A stretch of DNA of 63,356 bases, the filler included, from Octopus bimaculoides (lineage: Eukaryota), in NCBI RefSeq assembly GCF_001194135.2. It is 5 parts of 5 records of this genome, joined end to end, with 100 filler letters (N's around TTAATTAATTAA, not from the genome) between each part and the next. Parts side by side here need not be neighbours in the genome. Positions count along the whole stretch, not along the records: positions 1 to 18,982 come from NC_069002.1; 4 more parts are not named here. One strand, 5' to 3'. The translations under genes and the position numbers were made by a program. Position 1 is the stretch's first letter, and every line of letters begins with the position of its first letter. Shown here piece by piece: positions 1 through 11,628 of the stretch. The notes under the pieces are model-generated. The model searched no databases and had not been told where the DNA came from. It saw nothing but the letters and a program-made list of their open reading frames with translations.

Positions 1-618
1 CCTGTTTCTTCCACTTGAACCTCTCTGCGGGGGGACACCGCCTTCATGTGTCCCCTACTTCCACATCTATAGCATACGGGTGGCCTCCCCTCCACCACGA
101 CACTCGGGGAGCACCAACTCCTCTGCGACATTATGCAGGGTTATATGGGTTAACATTTCTAACCCGAAACCCCATCAGTTGATCTCCTTAGACCTCTCCA
201 CTTTTATTATTTCCACCTCTTCTTTACAATTATAGATTACGGCTGCTGCCAGCCATTCTAAATCTATTTCCAGTGGTACTTTTCCGATTCTTATCCTTGC
301 GGCTCTTCTGCCGCAATATACTGGCAAAAGAGTCCACTTCTCTGTTCTCAGAGGTATGGTAGAGTACCTCTTCGCATCTGCTTCGTTCTTAAAATACACC
401 TTTACAGTTCCGTATTTCTTTCCTCTCGTGTAGAACACTATTTCTTCCTTAATTCCGCTTAAGCAATTCTCTATTGCTTCAACTTCAGCTATATCAATTT
501 TCTTTGATGTTACATTATAGTGTTTCTTTATGTTTGCAATTTCCACTTTAACTTCCTTCATCTCCATGTTGTTGGCCGGCCGACACCTGCCAGCCGCCGC
601 CGCGTAACTAGTAGTCAT
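1..618 (-). pseudogene. Non-LTR retrotransposon (L1/Tx1-like) ORF1, gag-like with CCHC zinc knuckle; disrupted and truncated by the window edge
   Basis: ORF begins MTTSYAAAA (ATG 618-616) and runs to a stop at 175-177. After a frameshift it reads VVVEGRPPVCYRCGSRGHMKA(x)CP (about 40-105), a CX2CX4HX4C knuckle once a second frameshift is allowed. About 620-830 is the probable 5' UTR. Confidence 0.7.
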
Positions 619-2227
619 TACAAACTTCACAGAACAACAACAGCAATACTTCAACAATTATTAATAGCAGTAATTTCAAAGCTTCATACTAATAACAGCA
701 ACTTCAACAATTTTTTAACAACGATATTCATCAACTTACGTTCTGCGTTCACAAAATCACAACATAACTCAAACCAGGTTAAGACTTCCCATCTACTGTT
801 CCCTGTGCTGTATTTATAGTCAGCAAGCGAGGTAGACGATCTATTTTTAGCTTTGGTGAAATCTTGCTGCTTATTTACAAAAAGGGCGCCAATTTAAGGT
901 TTTCACTAAGGGAGCTGTCAATCTATTTTTAGCTCAATCTAAGGCTATAGGGTGTCTGTTACAAGAGGATATCTCGCAGTATTTGTTCTATCTACACTGT
1001 GTTCAAATCCTAGCTAAGTCAAATCAGCCTTTCATCGTTTCGTGGTCGATAAAAACAGATTCAATCCAGAGCGATGGATTGCCAGTGCCATTAAATGATT
1101 TTTTTTATCATTGTGTGGAAAGAATAAGATGTATAACATTAAAGAAAAATTTTCTATATCATTTCTTTTCCTTGTAATGGAAAATCCATCCCTAAAATCA
1201 GCTTTTGACTTAAATCAGAAATCGAACCCCACCCCCATTTAATTCGTCATAACTATAATTTTACTTTGCCAAGTAGGTTTGTCTTGTGGAAAATGTTAAT
1301 TCAAAGGTATATCGAGACTGGAAGCAATGAACTGGTTGATTTCTGTTTGAAAATAACAAAATATAAAAACAAAAAAAGTGACGACGTGTAAAGTGTTACT
1401 ACAATTATACCTGTGAGTTGTTTATTTTTTTGTAAGATTGAAAAAATCGAACTTGTTTGTAAAAAACAGAAATTGTACCTGGACATGAGCTTGCAGCCTG
1501 GAAGTAAATTTCGTTCTCGCCACTAAATCTGCTCCTGGTTTTATGATACAAACTGCCTGGGTGGAATTCTGAGTTAAGCATCCTATAAAACACCTCGAGC
1601 GTTTCATTCGACCCCCCTGACCCCAATGTTTGTTTTGTCTGTCCTTGTATCGCCCCCTCTTTTTCTTAACCTTATATGGTGAATAAAGAAATCGTTTTTA
1701 TTTTGGTGAATTTTCAGAAACTTTTTGCGAAATTGTATTCTGCACACGGGAAGTGACATGACTATAAAAAAAAAATTCGAATTTTGTTTTTTTAAAAATT
1801 ACTCTTTGTTTGGGTTCTCTACAAGAAACTGTTTTGATCACCCTTCTTCTCATACTTTAACCCTTTATACCCCATTATGAAGCTGACACCTCACCTTTTC
1901 CAGGGTTGGTAGTCCAGCCACAAGTTGTTGCTGTGGGTTTTTTTCTTTTTTTTTTTCTGGATTTACTGAAGACAGCCCTTTACAGAGATTGCTATTTCCT
2001 TGCTTTACAATGACAAAAGTTTTCTGTATTACATGTACAGAATAGTGTGCAATATAGACAAACAATAACCGGTTAATGTTTTTATATGTCTAGTGCTGAT
2101 GACTCTTCCTAAATAACTATAGGGCTTTCCTATAAGTAGGTTATCTCCCTTGGCTAGGCGGCGCTCCATGTAGATAATTAAACTTCCGGAGGCTACCCAC
2201 GCCATTGTTATTTTTTTACGTCTTATC

Positions 2228-2461
2228 ATGGATATAAAGCAGCTTGGTGATTCAGCTATCGAAGTACTTACTGTGCCTGAGTTAAAGAAATATTTAAGAT
2301 TATATGGACAGTATGTTACTGAGGTTGAAAGGAATAAAAATTCTGTCGATGAAGAATGTCAACAAAGTAAATTCATCGGACGATAAGTCTGAAGTATCGG
2401 ACGATACTTCAGACAGGAATAAGCAGAAGCTTACATCTCCTCTCGGTGAAGTATTGCCTGA
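2228..2461 (+). pseudogene. SAP-domain-like N-terminal fragment, probably from a transposon-encoded protein; frameshifted and cut by a gap
   Basis: ATG 2228 reads MDIKQLGDSAIEVLTVPELKKYLRLYGQYVT, then in another frame RLKGIKILS, matching the SAP pattern LTVxELKxxLxxxGxxxxGxKxxLxxRL with a small deletion. Confidence 0.45.
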
Positions 2462-3152
2462 NNNNNNNNNNNNNNNNNNNNNNNNNNNNNNNNNNNNNNN
2501 NNNNNNNNNNNNNNNNNNNNNNNNNNNNNNNNNNNNNNNNNNNNNNNNNNNNNNNNNNNNNNNNNNNNNNNNNNNNNNNNNNNNNNNNNNNNNNNNNNNN
2601 NNNNNNNNNNNNNNNNNNNNNNNNNNNNNNNNNNNNNNNNNNNNNNNNNNNNNNNNNNNNNNNNNNNNNNNNNNNNNNNNNNNNNNNNNNNNNNNNNNNN
2701 NNNNNNNNNNNNNNNNNNNNNNNNNNNNNNNNNNNNNNNNNNNNNNNNNNNNNNNNNNNNNNNNNNNNNNNNNNNNNNNNNNNNNNNNNNNNNNNNNNNN
2801 NNNNNNNNNNNNNNNNNNNNNNNNNNNNNNNNNNNNNNNNNNNNNNNNNNNNNNNNNNNNNNNNNNNNNNNNNNNNNNNNNNNNNNNNNNNNNNNNNNNN
2901 NNNNNNNNNNNNNNNNNNGATTCAGTGAACAAAATCTTATACAGTGTGTACTGTAAAAAATATTTTTATATCAGTTTATATCTTGTATTTAAATCTTATT
3001 TGTTAATAAATTCTTATTTACTGAAAAACAGTTGTACTTGCTGCTGTACTTGAAAATGTAACATCAATGAGGTAAGCTGAGAAGTTTAAGTATAGGGTGT
3101 CCCAAAATTAACTTCCTATTTCATTCATTGGGCAAATTAAATGAAAAAAAGC

Positions 3153-3972
3153 TGGCTGAAAAGCAGAGATCCAGCTGGAGGGAAGCAGAAAAGACCCTCA
3201 TCTTCTGAGAGTCAAATGTAGGAGCTGGTGTATTATTTGCACCATTCCCTGCAAATTTTAGCATTTCATTCAACCTCCTGCATCCCATCACTTGTGAAAA
3301 TGGCCCCACTATACAGGCTGTCCCAGAATTAACTATTTATTTCAGTGAAATTGGATGATTGAGGGTCTTTTCTGCTTCTCTCCAGCTGGATCCCTGCTTT
3401 TCCAGCCATTATTACTTAATTATGATACCAGAACAAATAGATTTATGAATCCTATGTCAAACCTTTACTGAAAATGTTCATTATATGCCTGCAAATTTCA
3501 AATCTATCCTTAGTAGTGTGAAACACATTTCGAAGCATTTCAAGAATTATCTGCAATGCTAACAGAATGCATTCTGGAAGTTCATCTAAACTATTGCTCC
3601 AGCCTGGGGATGGAGGTAGAGAAAATGATTGCAGCCAAATTGAAAAAACAACTGAGTGGAAAGATAAGCAGGATCCAACTGGAATGAAAATAAAATTATA
3701 ATTTATACACTTTTAACACATAATAAACATGATGACCATAGATAAAAGTGAGTTTTTAAAAAGAATCATCCAATTTCACTGAAATAAATAGTTAATTCTG
3801 GGACACCCTGTATAGTGGGGCCATTTTCACAAGTGATGGGATGCGGAAAGTTGAATGAGATGCTAAAATTTGCAGGGAATGGTGCAAATAATACATCAGC
3901 TCCTACATTTGAATCTCAGAAGATGAGGGTCTTTTCTGCTTCTCTCCAGCTGGATCCTTGCTTTTTCAGCCA
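3153..3972. repeat. Long inverted repeat with arms of about 210 bp (3153-3360 and 3764-3972) enclosing the MITE
   Basis: Sequence outside the MITE TIRs continues as reverse complements; the antisense ORFs 3121-3309(-) and 3815-4126(+) give near-identical peptides. Confidence 0.9.
3314..3810. mobile_element. Tc1/mariner-type MITE (about 497 bp)
   Basis: 47-bp TIRs CAGGCTGTCCCAGAATTAACTATTTATTTCAGTGAAATTGGATGATT (3314-3360) and its reverse complement (3764-3810), with TA on both flanks. Confidence 0.8.
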
Positions 3973-4229
3973 TCCCTCAGTAATCTCACTTTCAGTTATC
4001 TTTAGAGCATCTTCTGTTTCCCGTATGCTTTTATGTTTCCCCGAGGGAAGGGCCTTCCTCACCCAGGTGTTGTTGATTTTGAATAATCACCAAGGCTTCT
4101 GTAAATTTTCTTTTTTTCTAGAATGAGCTGTTGGGTCTATGCAAACTCTCTAACTACAATTTGGTTTTCATGTCTGCCTTTACTTCTGATCATGAATATA
4201 GGGTAAAGACTGAAAGAGGAGTGTGATCA

Positions 4230-4520
4230 TGGGGTTCCTCAGAAGGGTCATAGCTCAGAGACCAGGAAGTCTTTCTAGGTCAAACCTCTTCTCTGCATTT
4301 AGAGGTCATAGTCCCTGGTTTTACGAATGTGATTAGAATGGCGCAGGAAAGAAATGCAAACAGATTCTTCAAGCAGAGATAACCAGCAGGAGATTTAGGC
4401 CTGGAATAAGACGATTGGATAATATCCAGAGTCTCTGTTACATTTTGGAATCCAGTGACAGTTGCTTCTGAGAGGACCTCAAGGAGGAGGAGGTGCTTGA
4501 GGATTCTCCTTCCATGACCC
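4230..4520 (+). mobile_element. Decayed RTE-type LINE 3' (post-RT) fragment
   Basis: Frameshifted translation resembles RLRWFGHVIRM..ERNAKQILQAEITSRRFRPG..R.LDNI, typical of the RTE C-terminus. Confidence 0.5.
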
Positions 4521-4959
4521 TCTCAAGAATAGTGGACAGAGAAGAGGAATATATTTCTACTTGGATAAGACTAAATACTTATTTCTTAGAGAAATTTTGA
4601 GATTCCAATATCTGATTGCTTTTTTATTTTATCAACCCTGGAATAATAAAACACCTAAGTTGACCTCAACAAGATTTGAGCTCGTATCATAACAAGATAA
4701 AGCAAATGCTGCAAAGCATTTTTGTCTGACACATTAACAATTTTACCTATCTGCTGTCCTTCTCCAAAGATACAGGAATGTGTAAATATAAACAACACCA
4801 AGCTACAGTGAGATGTACAGCCATTTGTGTTGAAAAGTATTTTTGATGTTGATAAGTCCTTTCACTCATTCTATGGAGCATAGATCATCGACATTTTTCT
4901 ACTGTTCTTGACTCTGGGCTGTCTTTTCTGTTTTTCTCCAGTTCAATCCCTACTTTTTC

Positions 4960-5350
4960 AGTTATCCCTCGGTATTCCCACCTCCAGGTATCTTTAGGGC
5001 ATTGTCTCTTCTGTCCCCTTGAGGGGAAGGCCTTCCCCGACCAGATGTTGTGGATTTTGAATTGTCACTGATGCTTCTGGAGCTCTGCTTTTTATCTAGA
5101 TTGGGCTGTTGGCTGTATGCAATCCCATTTTTACCTTTGGGAAGAGATGGCCTCTTTCCATTGATCTGTTCAGCTTGGAGGGCCCTGACATGATCTTGCA
5201 CTTTGCTGGCATTGCTCTCAGGGTTAGAAGCCATCCCACTGCAACAAGAACTGGGCCTTTTCAGTTAATCCTTATTAAGCAATTCCTTGTTTAAAGATAT
5301 TCCAAGATCTAACTATGCCATCTTTTTAGGGCATGTACAATGCCATTGCA
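4960..5350 (-). mobile_element. Probable LINE 5' region and ORF N-terminus; a diverged second copy lies at about 3990-4150
   Basis: ORF 4962-5234 (MASNPESNASK...) has no recognisable domain. 4985-5130 aligns by eye with 3993-4150, so it is a dispersed repeat. Confidence 0.35.
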
Positions 5351-5749
5351 TGTTGTTTCCTTGATTAAAGAAAGTATGTGTTTAGGGGTCGGAAAATGGG
5401 GTAAATTACCCCCAAGTGGGGTAGAAATGAAATTCTTGGGTGTAATGAAATCTCATTAGACATAAGTAAAATTATATAAAAGATGTGTTCCTTGTTACAA
5501 TAGAAATTTTTCTTCTGGCAACACTGTATCTGTCCAATGTAATGGACTGGTAAATAGATTCAATAAACCTTTTGAATTCAATGAATTGTGATTTTCTTCC
5601 TTTCAAATCAAGAGGGTAACGTCGACGTAATTGTTGCAACTCTTCTCTGTTGACTAGGCTTTCTTAAAGAAGACATAACGTGTCTTGTCATGGTAGCAAT
5701 AAAACATTACTCAGAGTTACTTCCCTTAGCAATAATATATTTCCCTCAA

Positions 5750-6300
5750 ACCGTGTGGAGATCGTTCTTGTTCCTCTTCGGCCAGATCCTGCTGGAACAT
5801 TTCTCCACTTCTCAGATATTGCCTAAAAGGCAGATATTGCCTTAAAGGGTTTTGGTCCCATTCGACCTGATACTGCTGGAACATTTCTCCACTTCTCAGA
5901 TATTGCCTTAAAGGGTTTTGGTCCCATTCTTTTTTTTCCCCAGAGTTGTTACATTAACTTGTAAGCAAATTTGCCCACAAAACCTCTAGCTTCAACTTTA
6001 ATGATGAGGACCTTGACACAGAAGGTCGCCAGACTGCTTATTTTTCCGTCTTGAATGCATGTGCTTCTTCTATTCTACTTTCAAACAGTTGTTTTGTTGA
6101 TCCTGTCACCTGTACCACTCAAAAAACTTCCTTCCCATGACCCTCATGACATAGCTGTTCCTATTTCATTATGTCAAAAGTTTCACCATAGTTATATTCC
6201 AAACATTTTACTTCACTTCCTCCTTTGCAATTCCTCAATATTCCAGAGCAACACAATTTGTAGAAAATTACTTTCAAACTGCCCCCCATTGTTTATGTTA
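5750..6300 (-). mobile_element. 3' end of an RLE-type non-LTR retrotransposon (HERO/NeSL-like), decayed
   Basis: Frameshifted peptides ESRIEEAHAFKTEK, IIKVEARGFVG and KAISE/EVEKCSSRIWPKRN match the C-terminal pattern of HERO-like elements. An internal tandem duplication of about 57 bp lies at 5789-5929. Confidence 0.55.
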
Positions 6301-6435
6301 CTATTATACGCGTTTCCAGGGTACATTGCTACAGGTAACAACCCTACCTTTCCGGACTCCAATAGAACAGACCCTCTCACAATCAACATTAATGTACAAG
6401 TACCTGCATTTCATTTAATTATTTTTTCATCCTGC

Positions 6436-6560
6436 TTTACTCTTTGGACCTCGGCCATGCTGGGGCATTGCTTTACAGGATTTCGTCAAACAAATCCACC
6501 CCAATATTTATTCTGTCAAGTTTGTTTTTTTATTTTATGTCAAACCGCTGAATTGCAGGG
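6436..6560 (-). mobile_element. SINE family A, 3' tail fragment
   Basis: Similar to the tail of the full-length copies at 35887-36328 and 59939-60340. Confidence 0.55.
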
Positions 6561-7249
6561 ATTTTAAGAAACCAACGCAGTTATCAAATGGTGATGGTGG
6601 ACAAGCACAAAGTCACACTTATACAGATTATATATATATAAGTTAATTAGAAGATTATTAGCCTCTTAAAGGGATGATTACATTCATTAAGAGAAGAAAA
6701 TGAAGAATTAATGGTTAATAATTATTCATTAATAAATTAACAATCATTCATTCCTGAAAAAGATTGGTCAACATGTAATTTTTTAATGTCTTATATTTCC
6801 CTGATGATATTTTACTCATAATTTATAATTGCAGATTTATTGCATAAATTTGTGATTTATTGAATGAATACAAGTTGAAACAGTTGTAGGAATGAATGAT
6901 TATCAATTTATTAATAAATAATTATTAACCATTAACTGTCCATGTTCTTCTCTAAAATGAATACAGATTATATGTGTGTTTGTGTGTGTGTGTGCATGTG
7001 CGTATGTGTGTACATATATGTGAGTGTGTATGTATGTATGTATATATATATNNNNNNNNNNNNNNNNNNNNNNNNNNNNNNNNNNNNNNNNNNNNNNNNN
7101 NNNNNNNNNNNNNNNNNNNNNNNNNNNNNNNNNNNNNNNNNNNNNNNNNNNTGCGTATAAATTACGATTAAACCGGATGAAATATGTCAGGGGAATAACA
7201 TACCCCATTATAGTGGGGTATGTACACTTAGGTCTCTTATATATATATT

Positions 7250-7352
7250 TGTCTACCAAACCCACTCACAAGGCTTTGGTTGGCCCAAGGCTATAGTAGA
7301 AGACACTTGCCCAAGGTGCCATGCAATGGGACTGAACCCAAAACCACATGGT
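7250..7352 (-). mobile_element. SINE family A, head and central fragment
   Basis: Aligns with 60203-60305 (aaggctttggt..ggctatagtagaagacacttgccc..gggactgaaccc). Confidence 0.85.
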
Positions 7353-7720
7353 TGGGAATCTTATTAAGTTCAATATTTGTTTACTGTATTAACCGAGGTT
7401 ACTCTCTCCACCCACTTCCTAGTTCAGAAAAATGAGTAAAGAGTAATCTGGAAAGACTTTCCAACTAAAGGTTCTCAAAAGTAAATTTAACTCTATTGAA
7501 AAACAAAAACAACTCTATATCATTTTTAGTGGAACCACTTGTTCAATGCAAATCTGTTGCTGGTTCAAATGAGCAAGGATTTTCTAAGAATAGAAATTGC
7601 ATTGATATGAATCTACTTACTTTTTCTCTCTTGTTTCCTAATTTGTTGTTAGTTTTTGATTTAGAAAATTACTATTTTTAAATTTCACAATGAGAGATAT
7701 TCAGCAACAGTACTTTGGGG

Positions 7721-8002
7721 GTAAAGATTGTTTGCCAACATAACATGGCAGTCTTGGTTTAGGACGAATGTTGCTGTAATTTAGCCCCAGGACACATCGT
7801 CTTCAGCTGGCTATACGACACAATATTTATATTTTTGAACAAGAGAATCTAATACCCCAACTCAGCTCAAAACAATATCTGTGTATTGCAATTTCTGGGT
7901 TATTTCTCTTCATCAGCTGGAGATGATGTCTCCTGTGACTAAATTACAGCAATATTCGTCCTAAACCAGGACTGCCATGTTATGTTGGCAAACAAACTTT
8001 AC
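7721..8002. mobile_element. Fold-back (MITE-like) element with arms of about 90 bp
   Basis: TTGTTTGCCAACATAACATGGCAGTC..CAGCTGG (7728-7810) is the near-perfect reverse complement of 7913-7995. Confidence 0.8.
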
Positions 8003-8325
8003 AACAGTTTTTTTTTTAATAATCAGTTGGTTATTTCTACCCTGTATAAGTACTTAACGTGCTCAGGGCAAGTGTAATCTTTGGCCAGAGGTCTCTTGGA
8101 ATCATTATTACTGACTTGTTGAGAAGGAAAAAGGACAAGGAACTGGGTGGTTCTTCACTTATAGGAAATAATTATTTTGTCTGAAATTTTTTGCCCCAAC
8201 CCTGTGCTTTTCCAGTCAATTTTCACTCTGTACACCCTTGTGTGCTCTTCGTGATGGAGGGGATGTTGGTAGTAGAGCTAGAGTTTTTCAGTTGTAGACT
8301 TGAGTGAAGTAAGAAGAACAAGTTA

Positions 8326-9424
8326 CGAGGGTGGGCTGAAATATGATCAGGCTGACTATGAAGGATTGATGTTAGAGCTGTGAAGTCTGACTTATATTTA
8401 TTTCAGATCTCCATATTAATAACTGCATCGTTTCTTTCCAGCTAAACTGACATCTCACTGTTCAAAGAAGACTTCAAAAATAACTAGTGTCGATTTGTCT
8501 TTAAAATCAACAAAATGTGGCGTTGTAGTGTTACCAAATACCTGCATAAAATATGGTTTAGACCCCTAAGGACATTCAAGCTGACGTGGTTGCTACATTA
8601 GGGGATGACCATTTCAGCTTTACCAATAGTGTAAAAGTGAGCAGCTGAATTTAGGAAGGGAAGGGAGAGTCTTGAAGATGACTCAATGTCTGGAGGTCCT
8701 GCAACTGTCATGATTGTGTTTACCACGTGGTAATGGATGGCAGATGATTGACTTCAAATCAATTAGTCTATGCTATTAGCATCTCCTGTGAAAGAGTTGA
8801 GAATGGCATGATGAAAGTTTCTGCTCAATAGATGCCACATTTTCTGACACCTGGCTGATCACATCATGGGAAAATGTGACATTGTTTCAGGCAGATCCAG
8901 CTGGTATCCTTACCCTAGAAGAGTGTTGGATTCATCACTTTGAGCCAGAGACAAAGAGACAATCCATGCAGTGGAAACACCCCTCCTCACCTGCTCCAAA
9001 GAAGGCAAAGGTCGTTTCATCTACAGGGAAGTTGATGGTCTCAGTTTTTGGGGATGCAAAAGGCATTACACCCTCAATGGAGAGTACTATGTCAACTTGC
9101 TGAGGCAGTTACAAAACCAAACAACCAGATAAACTGGTTTCTGTGTGTGTGACTGGCTCTGAACTGGTTGATCAGCCTCCCCATTGTCCTGATTTAGCCT
9201 CATCTGACCATCATTTGTTCCCCCAACAGGACAAAACACTTGACTGGGAACCAGTATTGCAATGATGTCCCATCTGCTGTTGATGACTTTTTTCGACCAA
9301 CACAAAGCTTCTTCACCAATAAGATCCAAACACTGCAACACCAATGCAAGAAGTGTGTGGACCACTTGAATCATAAAACCTCATTTGGTCATTTTCTGTG
9401 AGCATCTTGGTCAGCTGACCCTCA
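8326..9424 (+). mobile_element. Mariner transposon, decayed and internally deleted
   Basis: Begins TA|CGAGGGTGGGCTGAAA and ends CCCTCA|TA. Transposase motifs WIHHFEPETKRQSMQWKHPSSPAPKKAK (8876-9103) and PPHCPDLASSDHHLFP (a YSPDLAPSD variant). Confidence 0.9.
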
Positions 9425-9931
9425 TATTATTAGTTGTTCACATTTACATAATAAAACTCTGGAATTTCTACATGAAAAACCTACTTAAATAACACACCTT
9501 GGTCTAAGATTAATATCTGCATTCTCTTCTTATTGATCCTCCCATCCTCTGCTTGAATTATCTGTTATGTAACATACCATGTACTCATTTCTTAATATTT
9601 AATCTAATCCCTAATCATTGCACCAACTTTAATTTTGTTTGTCTTCAAATTTACGCAAGTTATGAAAAAAAACACCAAATATGCCCTGCAAAGTGGTTGT
9701 CATAGAAAGGGTATCCAACCACAGAAACCATACCAAAAAGGATACTGGAACTTGATGCAGTCGTCTGGCACATTGGATTCTGTCAAACTGACCAACCAAG
9801 TTAGCATGAAAGGCAAACATATTGATGAAATACACATTTATTCATACATAATCATACACATACATGCACACACACATGTATACTCATATATATTGTGCGA
9901 GAGTAAGTGTGCATATGTGTGTTTATATATA

Positions 9932-11628
9932 TGAGGTGGTATCAAAAAATCCCAGACTAGCCAAGCTATGTACAGTTTTATATTTAAGAGATGAGGAATC
10001 ATTTACATTATTTACATTTGACAGATATTTGTCCTCATCTTGTTTGTTGTTAACACGTTTCAGTTTATATACCCTCCAGCCTTCATCAGGTGTCTTGAGG
10101 AAATTTTGAACCTGGGACCTCATTTCGACGGTATTTTTCGATATTATTATCATAATTCAGGTCACTGCCTGGAATCGGGGTTAGTAGCCTGCGCTCTTAA
10201 CCACTACGCCATATGCCCATGACCTGAATAATAATAACAATAATAATAATAATGATAATAATAATAACATCAAAAAATACCTTAGGGATGAGAACCCAGG
10301 TTCGAAATTTCCCCAAGACACTTGATAACGGCTGGAGGGTATATCAGCCGAAACGTTGTGTTAACAACAAAGATGAGGGCAAATATCCATCAAATGTAAA
10401 TAATGTTGCTATGTTTAATAAAAAAATAATTTACCTATCTAAGTTTTAACATCATCTCCTTCGAAATAGTCCCCTTGCATAGCAATACATCAGTTCTGGC
10501 ATTCCTGCCACTTTTGACATCCAGCCTGGAAGTTGTTTTCTGTAAGCGACTCCAAGACCTTTTGCGATTTTCTCTGGATCCCTACAATGGTGTTAAAATG
10601 GCAACCTTTGAGCTGCATTTTCATTTTGAGGAAAAGATGAAAGTCTGCAGGAGCTAAATCTAGTGAATAGGACTGGTGCAGAAGTGGTACCATAAGAAAC
10701 CCAGGAGTGAGGAGAGCTCAGAGATGGTGCATTATCGTGAAGAATCCAATTCTTCATGCTCCACAGATCTGGTCACTTTCACTGAAAATCCTCCTTCAAA
10801 TGCTTCAAAACATCGCTGTAGAACTCGAGATCAACAATCTGGCCCTGGAGAGGATAAATTCTCAATGCACAATATCGTGGATGTCAAAAAAAAAAAAAAA
10901 AAAAAAAAATTACGAGCATGCCCTTGGTTGAGCTGCGGCTCTGCCGTGCCTTCTTTGGTCATAGCGATGAAGTCCCTCTTCCATTATGATGACTGCTGTT
11001 TTGTCTCAGGGTCGTACCCGTAGACCCAACTCTTGTCACTGGTGATGATCCTCGACATGAAGGCCGGGTCATGAACAGAGAGCTTGACAGACTTCAACAC
11101 AATATTCTTTCTGCTCAGCAGTTGGGGGACAAATTTGGTAGAGACACACCACATGTTTGATTCAGATGCTAGGATTGCCTGCACGAACCCATACATCATT
11201 GGTTGTCCTCCAACGCTCCTTATGCACAAGCTGATAAATTTTCTCCACATTTCGGGGGGGGGGGGCACTCGTGGTAGATCTTCCAGATCGCTCATCCTTT
11301 TCCAGGGACATTTTTCCGCTGTTGAAGCGCCCGTGCAACTTGAAACATTGCCTCATCGCAGTAAGCTTGTCTCTGTAGCAGACTTCCCAAGTTCAACACA
11401 AAATTTCATGTCAGCTCTTTGTTCCTGCATCCTGCCCAAGACAAAAATCGCAGGCTACAGCATACATGTGAACACAAAAACACAAATTTCACAACTTGCA
11501 AAATAAACACAGTGAGATCACTCAGTACACTGCATCAGGAAGGTCACTGCTAGCTCACTGTGCATATGGCCATGTGCTGCCATCTGTTGCTGCACTACAG
11601 AAGTTGTCCAGTAACTTTTTGATACTAG
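9932..11628 (-). mobile_element. Mariner transposon, near full length and decayed, with a nested insertion at about 9983-10406
   Basis: TIR-like ends TGAGGTGGTATCAAAAAAT (9932) and AACTTTTTGATACTA (about 11613-11627). Motifs RIITSDKSWVYGYDPETKQQSS and SYSLDLAPADFHLFLKMKMQLKG. Confidence 0.9.
9983..10406 (-). mobile_element. Fold-back retroelement: tRNA-like head (10165-10218) between two inverted arms, each carrying a type I hammerhead-like motif
   Basis: Arms 10005-10164 and 10220-10406 are reverse complements. The minus strand of the loop has the A-box TGGCGTAGTGG. HHR-like cores lie at 10052-10096(-) and 10316-10362(+). Confidence 0.75.

Noticed and set aside
1865-1965. Possible minus-strand exon ending AAG|GTGAGG (PQQQLVAGLPTLEK)
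   Set aside because: There is no convincing acceptor, a poly-A-rich upstream frame, and no recognisable homology.
5789-5929. Short tandem duplication as a possible CRISPR-like array
   Set aside because: Two adjacent copies with no unique spacers inside a decayed LINE in eukaryotic DNA; it is a local duplication.
10165-10218. tRNA gene
   Set aside because: Only an A-box and partial arms are present, with no full cloverleaf or B-box; it is a retroposon head. The same applies to the SINE heads.
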